DNA of 64,000 nt, from NCBI GenBank assembly GCA_963707955.1, contig OY970176.1, positions 576,001 through 640,000 on the forward strand, in the 5' to 3' direction. The notes beneath the pieces are model-generated. The model saw only the letters and a program-made list of their open reading frames with translations. It did not search any database and was not told where the DNA came from. Position 1 is the first letter of the stretch. Each line of letters opens with the position of its first letter. Made by a program: the position numbers and the translations under genes. This DNA is from Candidatus Bathyarchaeota archaeon (GTDB lineage: Archaea; Thermoproteota; Bathyarchaeia; Bathyarchaeales; Bathycorpusculaceae). Below, one piece after another: positions 52,075 to 61,454 of this stretch.

Positions 52075-52701
52075 TTGCATCCCTCTCTGAGTTTATGGCA
52101 AGAAGTCGATGGAGTAGGTGCCCGATTGGCAAGTCAAGACAGTGTGACTATTCCAATTCACAAACCTAGAGTTCAGGAGAAACTGTTCTTTCTGATTTCA
52201 GGCATGATAGTGAGCATCCCTTTGACGTTGTTTGTCTACACGTTCTCAGACTACCTGCTCTCTTTTACGTCAACAGTTTACGCTAGCGTTCTCTCAACGG
52301 TGCTTCTTGCACCATTCGTCGAAGAATTCTCTAAGGCATATCCACTTTTCTATCGTCACGCCGAGACGGAACGATCTATCTTCACACTTGGGTTTCTGGT
52401 TGGTTTAGGATTCGGGATCGTAGAATTGATAGAATACGTAGTGCTTCTTCAAGAACCAGTGCTGATTAGGTTACCGGCAGTGCTCTTCCATGCATCCGCT
52501 ACATCAATTACTGCTTTCGGAATCGCGAAGAAGCGAACTCTCCCCTTTTATCTAGTCGCCGTGGCTTTGCACTTGTTAAACAACTTGTTTGCGGTACTGG
52601 GACCCGTTTGGGATTTGACAGGCCCGGCAGTCCTAGGAGCAGCCTACCTTCTATCTTGGTTTCTCTACGGAAAAACTCAGGAACACATGATCCCTCTATA
52701 G
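52075..52701 (+). CDS. PrsW-family intramembrane protease
   Basis: APFVEEFSK, GLGFGIVE, FH, HLLNN. Confidence 0.85.
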   Translation: MHPSLSLWQEVDGVGARLASQDSVTIPIHKPRVQEKLFFLISGMIVSIPLTLFVYTFSDYLLSFTSTVYASVLSTVLLAPFVEEFSKAYPLFYRHAETERSIFTLGFLVGLGFGIVELIEYVVLLQEPVLIRLPAVLFHASATSITAFGIAKKRTLPFYLVAVALHLLNNLFAVLGPVWDLTGPAVLGAAYLLSWFLYGKTQEHMIPL

Positions 52702-52907
52702 TTAACTTATCTGATCACTTGCAAAAACATGAGCGAGAACGCGTCAGCGGGCCCATCCAAACGCCTGAAACAGTTTCCTCAACATGAACACAGGTCAATA
52801 CGCTCAGAATGTTGTTTGCTCCTTCAAGAGAGCACAATTCGCCTGCTGCTGAGCCGCTTTTGACCTACCTTAACATACAAGTCGGTGACTCATACGGATT
52901 GTAGGGT

Positions 52908-53051
52908 CTACTTCACGAACTTCATCGGGTGTCTCTTAAACCTCTTCTTGCAGGTCACACTGCAAAAGTGATAGGTTTCACCGTCAAACGTGATCTTGAA
53001 CTTGGATGTTTTGTCGTCCAGAACTGTGCCGCAAACTGGATCCTTAGGCAT
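52908..53051 (-). CDS. 47-aa YHS/TRASH metal-binding protein (not in the ORF track)
   Basis: MPKDPVCGTVLD...YHFCSVTCKKRF. Confidence 0.85.
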   Translation of the reverse strand: MPKDPVCGTVLDDKTSKFKITFDGETYHFCSVTCKKRFKRHPMKFVK

Positions 53052-53180
53052 TACCCTGATCTTAACCTCAGTGAAAAGTGTGCTTTCTGCTTATTATCAT
53101 TAGTGGTGAAATAAGCTGCAAACAAAAAAAGTGATGGGAAAAAAAGGTGTGAAACGAAGATGAGATGTTAGCTAATGAGC

Positions 53181-53318
53181 TTAATATCTTCGTGGCGGTC
53201 TTCGTTTAGAATAACACTCTTGGCAGTATACTGGTCTGCTTCCGTCTGGTTTGAAGGGAACTTCGCATTCCTTTCCGCAATCAGCACAAACTGCCTTATG
53301 CATCTCTTTTCTATACAT
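53181..53318 (-). CDS. CxxC-x17-CxxC zinc-finger protein
   Basis: MHKAVCADCGKECEVPFKPDGSRPVYCQECY; GGAG RBS. Confidence 0.92.
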   Translation of the reverse strand: MYRKEMHKAVCADCGKECEVPFKPDGSRPVYCQECYSKRRPPRRY

Positions 53319-53458
53319 CTGCTCTTTCAACTCCTTCTGCTGTTTAGCGCAAAAAATTCTTTTTGCACAACTCTTTGATGTGTGCACGTCGTTTTAAACT
53401 TATCCATTTGTCAAGGCCATTTTCATGGTTAATTTATGAAGGGATAATGTTGGATGTC

Positions 53459-54625
53459 TCATACGAATTCTTGAATTGGAGAATCAGCCGAAGAGTCTGC
53501 TAATTTTTCTATAGTGGTTTTGGTCAAGGCCTTTATGTTGTTGAAGTCTGACAGCTCTCCATAGCTTACAAGCGTTATGGCCGTTCCTTCGCCTCCCACC
53601 CTGGCTGTTCTGCCGATTCTGTGGAAGTAGACTAAGGCATCCAGCGGGACATCGTAGTTTATTATGTGAGTTATTCCCTGAATGTCTAGGCCTCTCGCTG
53701 CAACGTCGGTGGCGATGAGCAGTTTCAGTTTTCTATTCCTGAACAGGTTGATGACAAAGTCCCTTTGGGATTGAGTGAAACCTGCGTGCAACGGTTTTGC
53801 ATCATATCCTCTGCTTCGCAATGTTTCTGCCAGCATGCTCGTCTCTGTCCGGGTTCTGCAGAATATTATGGCTCGACCTATGTGGTTCTCGTCCAAGATT
53901 TTGCAGAGAGTCTTGAGCTTGTCATGAGAGTTCACGATCGTGTAATACTGGTTCATCTGTGTAAGGGCTATCTCGTCTTTGCTTACGAGTATTTTTTCCG
54001 GGTTCTTCATGTATCTGTTACACACGTTCATGACCGTTTGGTCTATCGTCGCTGAGAAAAGGCTCGTCTGCCTGTTTGACGGTACTCTCGAAAGTATGAA
54101 TTCAATATCCTCTATGAACCCCATGTCGAGCATTCTGTCGGCCTCGTCTAGAACGACGATCTTCACTGATGCCAGATTTAGGATGTGTCTCTCAAGCAAG
54201 TCGATTATGCGGCCTGGCGTGCCGACAACTATTTGGACGCCGCTTCGCAACGCACGCACCTGCTTTTCAATCGATTCTCCACCGTAGACCGGCAACACTC
54301 TCAATCTTGCGTATTTTGCAAGTTGGCTGATGTGCTGTGCAACCTGAACGGCAAGTTCCCGGGTTGGCACTAGAACTAGACCTTGGACATTGTTGATTCC
54401 TGAGTTGACTCGTTCAATCATCGGAATTCCGAATGCCGCGGTCTTACCGGTTCCGGTTTGTGCTTGTCCGATGACGTCCCTGCCTTCAAGAAGCGGGGTT
54501 ATGGCTTGAGCCTGTATTGGAAAAAGGTTACTGAACCCAAGCTCTTCTATGCTTTTCAAGACTTGCGAACTTATCGGCAGGTCTTTAAAGTGCTCCATTT
54601 GCATATATTTCATTTCTCCTGCCAC
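53459..54625 (-). CDS. deaD: DEAD-box RNA helicase
   Basis: AQTGTGKT, PTRELA, DEAD, SAT, ARGLD, HRIGRTAR. Confidence 0.95.
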   Translation of the reverse strand: MAGEMKYMQMEHFKDLPISSQVLKSIEELGFSNLFPIQAQAITPLLEGRDVIGQAQTGTGKTAAFGIPMIERVNSGINNVQGLVLVPTRELAVQVAQHISQLAKYARLRVLPVYGGESIEKQVRALRSGVQIVVGTPGRIIDLLERHILNLASVKIVVLDEADRMLDMGFIEDIEFILSRVPSNRQTSLFSATIDQTVMNVCNRYMKNPEKILVSKDEIALTQMNQYYTIVNSHDKLKTLCKILDENHIGRAIIFCRTRTETSMLAETLRSRGYDAKPLHAGFTQSQRDFVINLFRNRKLKLLIATDVAARGLDIQGITHIINYDVPLDALVYFHRIGRTARVGGEGTAITLVSYGELSDFNNIKALTKTTIEKLADSSADSPIQEFV

Positions 54626-55011
54626 AAAATTTTACATGCATTTCCAAAAGCTTTCAGAAGCTTCGTTAATTACATGAATTAATGTGACAAGCTCAGTAGA
54701 CACCGATTCTCATATAAAAAGGTTTAGCAACCATAAGAAAGAAAAGAACCAGACAAAACTCGTGAGCAATGAAGAAAACCTCAATAAGTTGGTCAAATTC
54801 GGTTTTGAGTATATTGTCAGAAGGATGACGTACTGTGCTTTGGTGCATGTTCAGTGTTTGAATACATCAAGACATAACTCCGTTGTTGCCTTATTTGTTA
54901 TTCTGGTCAATCCTTTGGCTTCACCGATAAACTTTCCAGTTCTTGCAAGCTAAATTTGAGAAGTGCATGGACTGCACTTGCCGAGCCCTGCTCCCAATCA
55001 GCGTAAACTAG

Positions 55012-55677
55012 CTACAATGCGCCTTCGTAGACCGAGTCAGGCATGGGTCTCCGCCATGCATCCGGATTCTTATACCTAACGGCAGGCGCCGTGTCCACGT
55101 TCTTCACCTGCTGCCCCGCTAGAAACTTCTTCATCTTTGCCAAAAGCTCCAAATGAATCTCCTCATCCTTGATGATCGTCTCGAAAACATCCTTCAAGTA
55201 TTTTAAATCCACGTTGTAGCTCTCACGAATCAACTCGGTCATACGCTGAAGTGTCTTCATCCGAGCAAGTGCATAATACTCCTCACCCATGGCGCTCTCT
55301 AACAGCGAAAGCTTCTTCGCTAGAGAAGACAGACTCTCAACCACCGCCTTCTTCTCATTGGCAATTTCATGTGAAATGTCATCAATCACCGTCCAAGAGA
55401 TGCTTAGCCTCTTCTCACAATCCTTTGCCTTCACCCTCGACCCTCCGATGCTCTGACTTATACCGTTAAGAATCGCCGAGTGCTTCCGAGAATCATAAGC
55501 TATGTGAAGCAAAAGAGATTTGATAAACGGGGGATCCATCCTATCAGCTAAATTCTTGTAAAGCAGATAAGTCCCCTCCTCAAAAACACTGTCACACCAC
55601 AGAGAATCTGTAATGTTATCCCTCTTACTCTTCTTCAAGCTAGCCACCTGTGAAGAATAGCAAGATGACAAGCTCAT
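55012..55677 (-). CDS. ferritin/rubrerythrin-like four-helix protein
   Basis: IAYDSRKH and IIKDEEIH motifs. Confidence 0.7.
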   Translation of the reverse strand: MSLSSCYSSQVASLKKSKRDNITDSLWCDSVFEEGTYLLYKNLADRMDPPFIKSLLLHIAYDSRKHSAILNGISQSIGGSRVKAKDCEKRLSISWTVIDDISHEIANEKKAVVESLSSLAKKLSLLESAMGEEYYALARMKTLQRMTELIRESYNVDLKYLKDVFETIIKDEEIHLELLAKMKKFLAGQQVKNVDTAPAVRYKNPDAWRRPMPDSVYEGAL

Positions 55678-55825
55678 AAACGGTTTATGAATCTAAGATC
55701 CGCGTTTATTCGTTTAATGGGAGAACCTCCAAGCGATTACGCTAGAATTGGGAGTGCGAGTCAAGTCGCCTTCAACTGGGTCTTAATCAAAGATGAACAT
55801 ATGACGCCCCTTCTGGGTGCCACCA

Positions 55826-56032
55826 AGCGCGCATGCTTGTTCCTGAATTCCTAGATTCCGTCCAAGAGGGAGGCATGACGTTTCTCGATGGTTACCGTCA
55901 CGGTTCGGCTGGGTTCTTGCGTGCTCACACCCTCCCCCCCCGGGGTATCCTATATGATCCAAATATGATTGAAGAGCAGAATGAGCAGCGCAAGCCACTT
56001 CCCGAAAGAATTCAGGAACACGCTAGCCTGCT
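55826..56032 (+). mobile_element. MITE-like inverted-repeat element, copy C
   Basis: AGCGCGCATGCTTGTTCCTGAATTC...GAATTCAGGAACACGCTAGCCTGCT. Confidence 0.8.
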
Positions 56033-56240
56033 GTATACTGTGTACTGTAGACTGAATATGAAATCGTGCGACAGAAGATATTTATAACCAAGTGCACAAG
56101 TGTTTGCAGTGATGAGTTGGCAAAACAGTACCTGCGACAACCAATCCTAGTCACAGCCTTCAGACTAACATGTGAAAAGAGCCGTTACGAGGCTACCGAC
56201 TCGTCTGGGAGACCACATCAGTAGGAGGTGAAAGCGAGCA

Positions 56241-56849
56241 ATGATCAAATTTCTCAAGAACCGACGTGCACTCAGCACAACCGTAACGACACTCATAATC
56301 CTGGTCGTAGCAGTGCTTCTGGCAACCGTCGTAACGTACTTCGCAATCAACGTTGTAAGCACGAGAGTGCAAGAAGAAAGCCTGAGTGTGGTCAAGCAAC
56401 ACGTTTGGTGCAACGCCACCGGCATCATAGGATCACCGTCATATGCCCTAGCATCTCTCATGGTGACCAACACGGGCGGCAGAGACGTTGTGATTAACAC
56501 AATCGAGGTCAGAGGCCAAGTTTGCCCATGGAACGACACGGGAGGCGCGACTGACAAGTTCATCCTATACTGTACCACTGAAAACCCCATATCCAATGAC
56601 CTTAGCTACACGCCCAACTTCAACTCCACAGGAGGCATCAACTACGTGATGGTCGGAGCGACACAGTACAACTTCACCGTGGCCACGAACCCGTTGATCT
56701 TGAAGTCGGGTGACACGATGCTCGTATACATAGTGAACCCTGACAGCATATCAGTGAACGACGTAGGATTGTCAGTAGGCATCACGATATTTTCAGCTCA
56801 AGCGGCATACTACCGAGAAACCAACGTACAAGCAGTATCTTCCTCTTAA
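56241..56849 (+). CDS. archaeal type IV pilin/archaellin-like protein 1
   Basis: class III signal peptide KNRRA/LS plus hydrophobic helix; NTGGRD; GGAGGTGA RBS. Confidence 0.85.
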   Translation: MIKFLKNRRALSTTVTTLIILVVAVLLATVVTYFAINVVSTRVQEESLSVVKQHVWCNATGIIGSPSYALASLMVTNTGGRDVVINTIEVRGQVCPWNDTGGATDKFILYCTTENPISNDLSYTPNFNSTGGINYVMVGATQYNFTVATNPLILKSGDTMLVYIVNPDSISVNDVGLSVGITIFSAQAAYYRETNVQAVSSS

Positions 56850-56917
56850 ACTCCTACTCCTACATTTTTTATTATATCCAGTTTTTCGTTGTAAACGCAT
56901 TAATTTTATCAAACGTA

Positions 56918-56938
56918 TGTGTATCTCTGTTCTACGCA
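56918..56938. promoter_or_regulatory. candidate operator TGTGTA-N8/9-TACGCA (also 57776-57796 and 58491-58510)
   Basis: imperfect inverted repeat upstream of three consecutive genes in the pilus locus. Confidence 0.45.
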
Positions 56939-56988
56939 CAAATTGACATATTCGGAATTGTTGTTAGTCGTTGGTCGAGGAAACATAA

Positions 56989-57579
56989 ATGAAGAATATA
57001 CTAAAGAATCGTAGAGCTCTGAGCACAGTTGTCACAACGCTGATCATACTCGTCGTTTCAGTGCTATTAGCAGGAGTCGTAACGTACTTCGCAATCAACG
57101 TCGTAAGCACGAGAGTACAAGAAGAAAGCTTGAACCTGCAATATCAGCACGTATGGTTTAGCACCACGGACAGTAAAGCAGAGGCAGCCATAATGATAAC
57201 CAACACGGGCGGCAGAGACGTTGTCTTACAAAGCATCGCAGTTCGGGGACAGACCATTCCAACAGCCGATCTTTTCTGGTTCCCGGTAACAACAATAGCC
57301 GACTTGAAATATGTTAGCCAAACGACAAATATTAGCACTTCAACTCTCATTCCTGCGGCTTTCCAGAACGCAGGAAACAACCTCACCTTCACCGCAACCA
57401 CGACCTCTATAACTCTGAAATCTGGCAGCACCATAGCAGTTTACTTGTGTGCAGGAACGACACCGCCATTTGCACCCGGCAGTGTCACAGTGAATGACGT
57501 AGGCTTGACAATCGCAATATCAGTGTTCTCAGCGCAAGCAACGTACATCAAAGAAACCAACGTCAACGCAGCCAGCTAA
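56989..57579 (+). CDS. archaeal type IV pilin/archaellin-like protein 2
   Basis: class III signal peptide; paralog of neighbours. Confidence 0.87.
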   Translation: MKNILKNRRALSTVVTTLIILVVSVLLAGVVTYFAINVVSTRVQEESLNLQYQHVWFSTTDSKAEAAIMITNTGGRDVVLQSIAVRGQTIPTADLFWFPVTTIADLKYVSQTTNISTSTLIPAAFQNAGNNLTFTATTTSITLKSGSTIAVYLCAGTTPPFAPGSVTVNDVGLTIAISVFSAQATYIKETNVNAAS

Positions 57580-57846
57580 ATCAGAGTTCCTCTTTTTCTT
57601 TTTTATTTTCATGTTTTTGAGGTTCTCCACAATTTGTTGCGTATCTGCGGTTCGTGGGGATGATGTGATGTTCTTCTACGCGGATGTATGTGTTTCGCGT
57701 AGGCATGTGGCTATCCGTGTTCCCTATTTACTATGAGTTGTTTGTCAGGTGCGCATCTCCAGATCGTCCGTGCTATGTGTAGCTGTGTTCTACGCACAAA
57801 TTGACATATCGAGAACTGCTGTTAGTCGTTGGTCGAGGAAACATAA

Positions 57847-58416
57847 ATGAAGAATATACTAAAGAATCGTAGAGCTCTGAGCACAGTTGTCACAACGCTG
57901 ATCATACTCGTCGTTTCAGTGCTATTAGCAGGAGTCGTAACCTACTTCGCAATCAACGTCGTAAGCACAAGAGTACAAGACGAAAGCCTGAACCTGCAAT
58001 ATCAGCACGTATGGTTCAGCACCACCGACAATAAAGCAGAAGCAGCCATAATGATAACCAACACGGGCGGCAGAGACGTAGTCTTACAAAACATCGCAGT
58101 CCGGGGACAGACCATTCCGGCAAGCGAAGTTTTCTACTTCACGGTGACTACAATAGGCGACTTGCCATATTATAGCCAAGCGAACACGATTAGCACTACT
58201 AACACCACTGTTCCTACTGGTTTCGGCGCCTCAGGCGACTTCAAACAAGCCACGACCATAACTCTGACATCTGGCAGCACCATAGCAGTTTACATGTTTG
58301 CGGCAACGACAGCACCCGGCAGCGTCACAGTGAATGACGTAGGCTTGACAATCGCAATATCAGTGTTCTCAGCGCAAGCAACGTACATCAAAGAAACCAA
58401 CGTCAACGCAACTTAA
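57847..58416 (+). CDS. archaeal type IV pilin/archaellin-like protein 3
   Basis: near-identical N and C termini to protein 2, divergent centre. Confidence 0.87.
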   Translation: MKNILKNRRALSTVVTTLIILVVSVLLAGVVTYFAINVVSTRVQDESLNLQYQHVWFSTTDNKAEAAIMITNTGGRDVVLQNIAVRGQTIPASEVFYFTVTTIGDLPYYSQANTISTTNTTVPTGFGASGDFKQATTITLTSGSTIAVYMFAATTAPGSVTVNDVGLTIAISVFSAQATYIKETNVNAT

Positions 58417-58582
58417 GACAACAACACCTTTTTTTTCTATTTTTCTCCTTATGTTTTTTTGATTTCATTTCTCAAGTGACCCGCATGTCATGTGTAGTTT
58501 TGCGTACGCACACATGCTCTCATACTTCTTACAACAGAATTGAGTCTGTGAGGAACAAAACGGCTGGAAAGAAGGCAGCAAA

Positions 58583-59422
58583 TTGAAATCAAGCCCACTT
58601 GTCCGTGAACTTGCAAAACTCTATCACTCTAAGAAAGCTTTGGCCATTCCAGTCACTTTTCTCATTCTCTTCGTTTCCACTTTGTTTTTGGTAGCTGTAA
58701 CTTACGACCTTGCGATTGAAAGAATCAACGCAAACAGCCAGGACTTGAAGGTTTCCACGGCACAAGGAAACATGATGACTCTTGACGAGGACTTATCATC
58801 AGTTCTGTGGCAGTCAGGCTCTTCGAAAACATTCGACTTCACCGATTCCGGCGGACAACTGAACATCGAACCAACAGCCAATCCCTTGTCAATAAGCATA
58901 ACGGACAACAACAGCATCTCTGCAACCGTCTTCAACGACTCAGTGGGCTGGGTCGTGTATGAACTACCCTATTCAGAAACAGCCGACACAGGACTCTTCC
59001 TAAGAGGAGACGAACGCGCGATAGTGAATCAAAGCGGTTTTTCCATGACCCAGTTATACATTCGGGAAGGTGCTGAACACACCGAAATCTTGCTTAGATA
59101 CCGCCCAATCGTATCGTGCGTTGCCGCTGAGACCCAAGACAACAAGACCGTCAACGACGTGCGCATCTACGTCGTCGATTTGAACTCTTCTCAACTGATC
59201 GAACTGATGGGAGAAGTCCCGTTGAAAATAACGTGCGAATCCACGGAAACCTCAGTCACATCCTTCGACGTTCCATATCAGCCAGGAACATTACTCGTCA
59301 CTGCAAACTTCGACAATATCAACGGGCAAGTATCGGTTCCCATATCGAGCACGAGTTATGGCGCGATAGTGAACGTCGAACTCGTCCTCTGTGAAGTCCA
59401 AATCGAAAGGTGGGTGATGTAA
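58583..59422 (+). CDS. minor pilin-like protein
   Basis: SKKA/LAIP class III-like signal followed by hydrophobic helix. Confidence 0.65.
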   Translation: MKSSPLVRELAKLYHSKKALAIPVTFLILFVSTLFLVAVTYDLAIERINANSQDLKVSTAQGNMMTLDEDLSSVLWQSGSSKTFDFTDSGGQLNIEPTANPLSISITDNNSISATVFNDSVGWVVYELPYSETADTGLFLRGDERAIVNQSGFSMTQLYIREGAEHTEILLRYRPIVSCVAAETQDNKTVNDVRIYVVDLNSSQLIELMGEVPLKITCESTETSVTSFDVPYQPGTLLVTANFDNINGQVSVPISSTSYGAIVNVELVLCEVQIERWVM

Positions 59423-59426
59423 TACT

Positions 59427-59873
59427 TTGCCTTCGATAATTCCCAGTTACGTTTACACGCTTTTCGCGTGCATCGCAGTGGGCGCACTTCTCATTTACGC
59501 TTCAAGTCTATCCAGTATCAGCGTGAAAAACGAAGCAGACCTGCAGGAATTGAAAAACATAGCAGACTACGTCGCAGCGACAAGTTTCGAACTCGTTTCG
59601 TCAACTCAGACGAACAACCTAACGGCAAATCTCATGTTGAGCATCCCTTCAACGGTTGGAAATCAAAGATACTGGGTTCAGCTGGACAACGACTCATTCA
59701 GAAGCTGGGTCAACATCGGGTTCGGAACAACTCCACAAACAAGCGGGCAGCGAACGTACATACCGTCCGAAGTCTCGGCGTTCGGAGATTACGTCAGCGG
59801 TGCGGGAATACCTGTTTTGAGATGTTACTCAGACGGGTCTGCGACCTATCTAGAAATTTCGGAAGGTGCGTGA
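59427..59873 (+). CDS. pilus accessory membrane-anchored protein
   Basis: N-terminal TM helix; operon context. Confidence 0.6.
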   Translation: MPSIIPSYVYTLFACIAVGALLIYASSLSSISVKNEADLQELKNIADYVAATSFELVSSTQTNNLTANLMLSIPSTVGNQRYWVQLDNDSFRSWVNIGFGTTPQTSGQRTYIPSEVSAFGDYVSGAGIPVLRCYSDGSATYLEISEGA

Positions 59874-59874
59874 A

Positions 59875-61448
59875 ATGAAACTCGGAAAGAAGAAAGAACT
59901 GGTTGAAGAAAAGGAAGAGACCTCTGAAGAGGATTTGATGGGATACTTGGGCATTCAGGGCTGTCGAGTCCCCGAAGGTTATACACAAGTGGAAAGCTAC
60001 CCCTTGAAGCCTCCTTACTCTTACGCGTGGATCTTCCAGAATGAAAGCGAGGGCGGCTACCTGTACGTCGTCGATGAACTGTCAATGACCAAAGAGGAAA
60101 GAGACACCTGCAAGAGGCTCAGGAACATCCTTGAGTATGAGCTAAAGGCACCGATGGCTGAAGAAACGTTGATAGAATCATTCCACAGACAGCTCCCCGG
60201 AATAATGGAAAATCACGCAAAGATTCTCGACGGAATCAACGAGGTTGGCAAGAGGAAGATTCTGTACTACATCGAAAGGGACATGATCGGATACGGCAAG
60301 ATAGACGGCCTGATGGCAGATCCTTTTATCGAAGACATCAGCTGCCTCGGCGTGAACAAGCCAATCTACCTGTGGCACAGAAAATACGAGAACATACGAA
60401 CAAACATCGCTATCGAAGACGAAGAAGAGCTAGACGACTTCATCACCAGAATAGTGCACAGACAAGGAAAACACGTCAGCATAGCCCACCCCATTGTCGA
60501 CCTGACCCTTCCAGGAAAACACAGACTCGCAGTATCCTTTGGAAAGGAAACAACACCGGCGGGAACGAGCTTCACGATCAGAAAATTCAGAGAAGACCCA
60601 CTAACCATAGTGGACCTACTCATGAACGAAACCATCGACGAGACTATCGCAGCATACCTTTGGATTTTGATGGAAAACAAGATTTCAGTCATGATTGTCG
60701 GTCCCACAGGAGCCGGAAAAACAACGGCACTTAACGCCATAGCCTGTCTGATAAAACCGGACTTCAAAATAATATCAGTCGAAGAAGTCGCCGAAATAAA
60801 CCTGCCACAAGAAAACTGGATCTCCACAATCGCTAGGCCAGGCTTCGGCAGCGACAGCGAAGGAGAAGTGACACTCTACGACCTTATCAAATCAGCCGTC
60901 AGACATCGACCTGCCCTGATCCTCGTAGGCGAGGTCAGAGGAGAAGAACCTACGTGCTCTTCCAAGCGCTGGCCACTGGCCACGGTGGGCTCTGCACGAT
61001 GCACGCTGAAGACGTCGAAACAGCCGTCAAACGTTTAACTCAACCGCCGATGAACATTCCGCCCTCCATAATCTCCCTGATGAACTGCGTCATAGTCGTC
61101 AAACAGGTCAAAGTCCCAGACTTCTTATCCCTCGAAAGAAAGGTCTCAACGAGAAAATTCGTGAGAATATCAGAACTTGACGCGGCTGGCGTGTTACACG
61201 AGGTTTTCTCGTGGAACCCTTCGGTTGACTCCTTCCAACAGAACCTTGAACAGAGCTACTTGCTCCCAAAGATCGCTAAAAACCTTGACGTCCCAACGAG
61301 CGTCATACTGCAAGAGGTTGAGAAACGCAAACAGATACTGCTGAAAATGGTTGAGAAGAACCTTCGAGACTTCAGAAGCGTACACAAAGCTCTGACCAAC
61401 TCCCTCAACGTGTCAGAAGTGATCAACAAAGAAGCAACAAGGGAGTAA
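59875..61448 (+). CDS. type II/IV secretion (PilB/VirB11-like) ATPase, one-base frameshift near 60949
   Basis: GPTGAGKTT, RHRP, VGEVRGEE[A]YVLFQALATGHGGLCTMH; one G missing. Confidence 0.9.
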
Positions 61449-61454
61449 CGGCAA

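Larger units (their letters stand above)
56916..58410 (+). repeat. tandem duplication of pilin gene plus about 70 bp of upstream DNA (56916-57570 vs 57774-58410)
   Basis: shared ttctacgcacaaattgacata...gaggaaacataaatgaag leader and constant coding ends. Confidence 0.9.

Noticed and set aside
57250-58270. DGR template/variable repeat pair in the pilins
   Set aside because: Differences are not adenine-specific, include indels, and no reverse transcriptase is present
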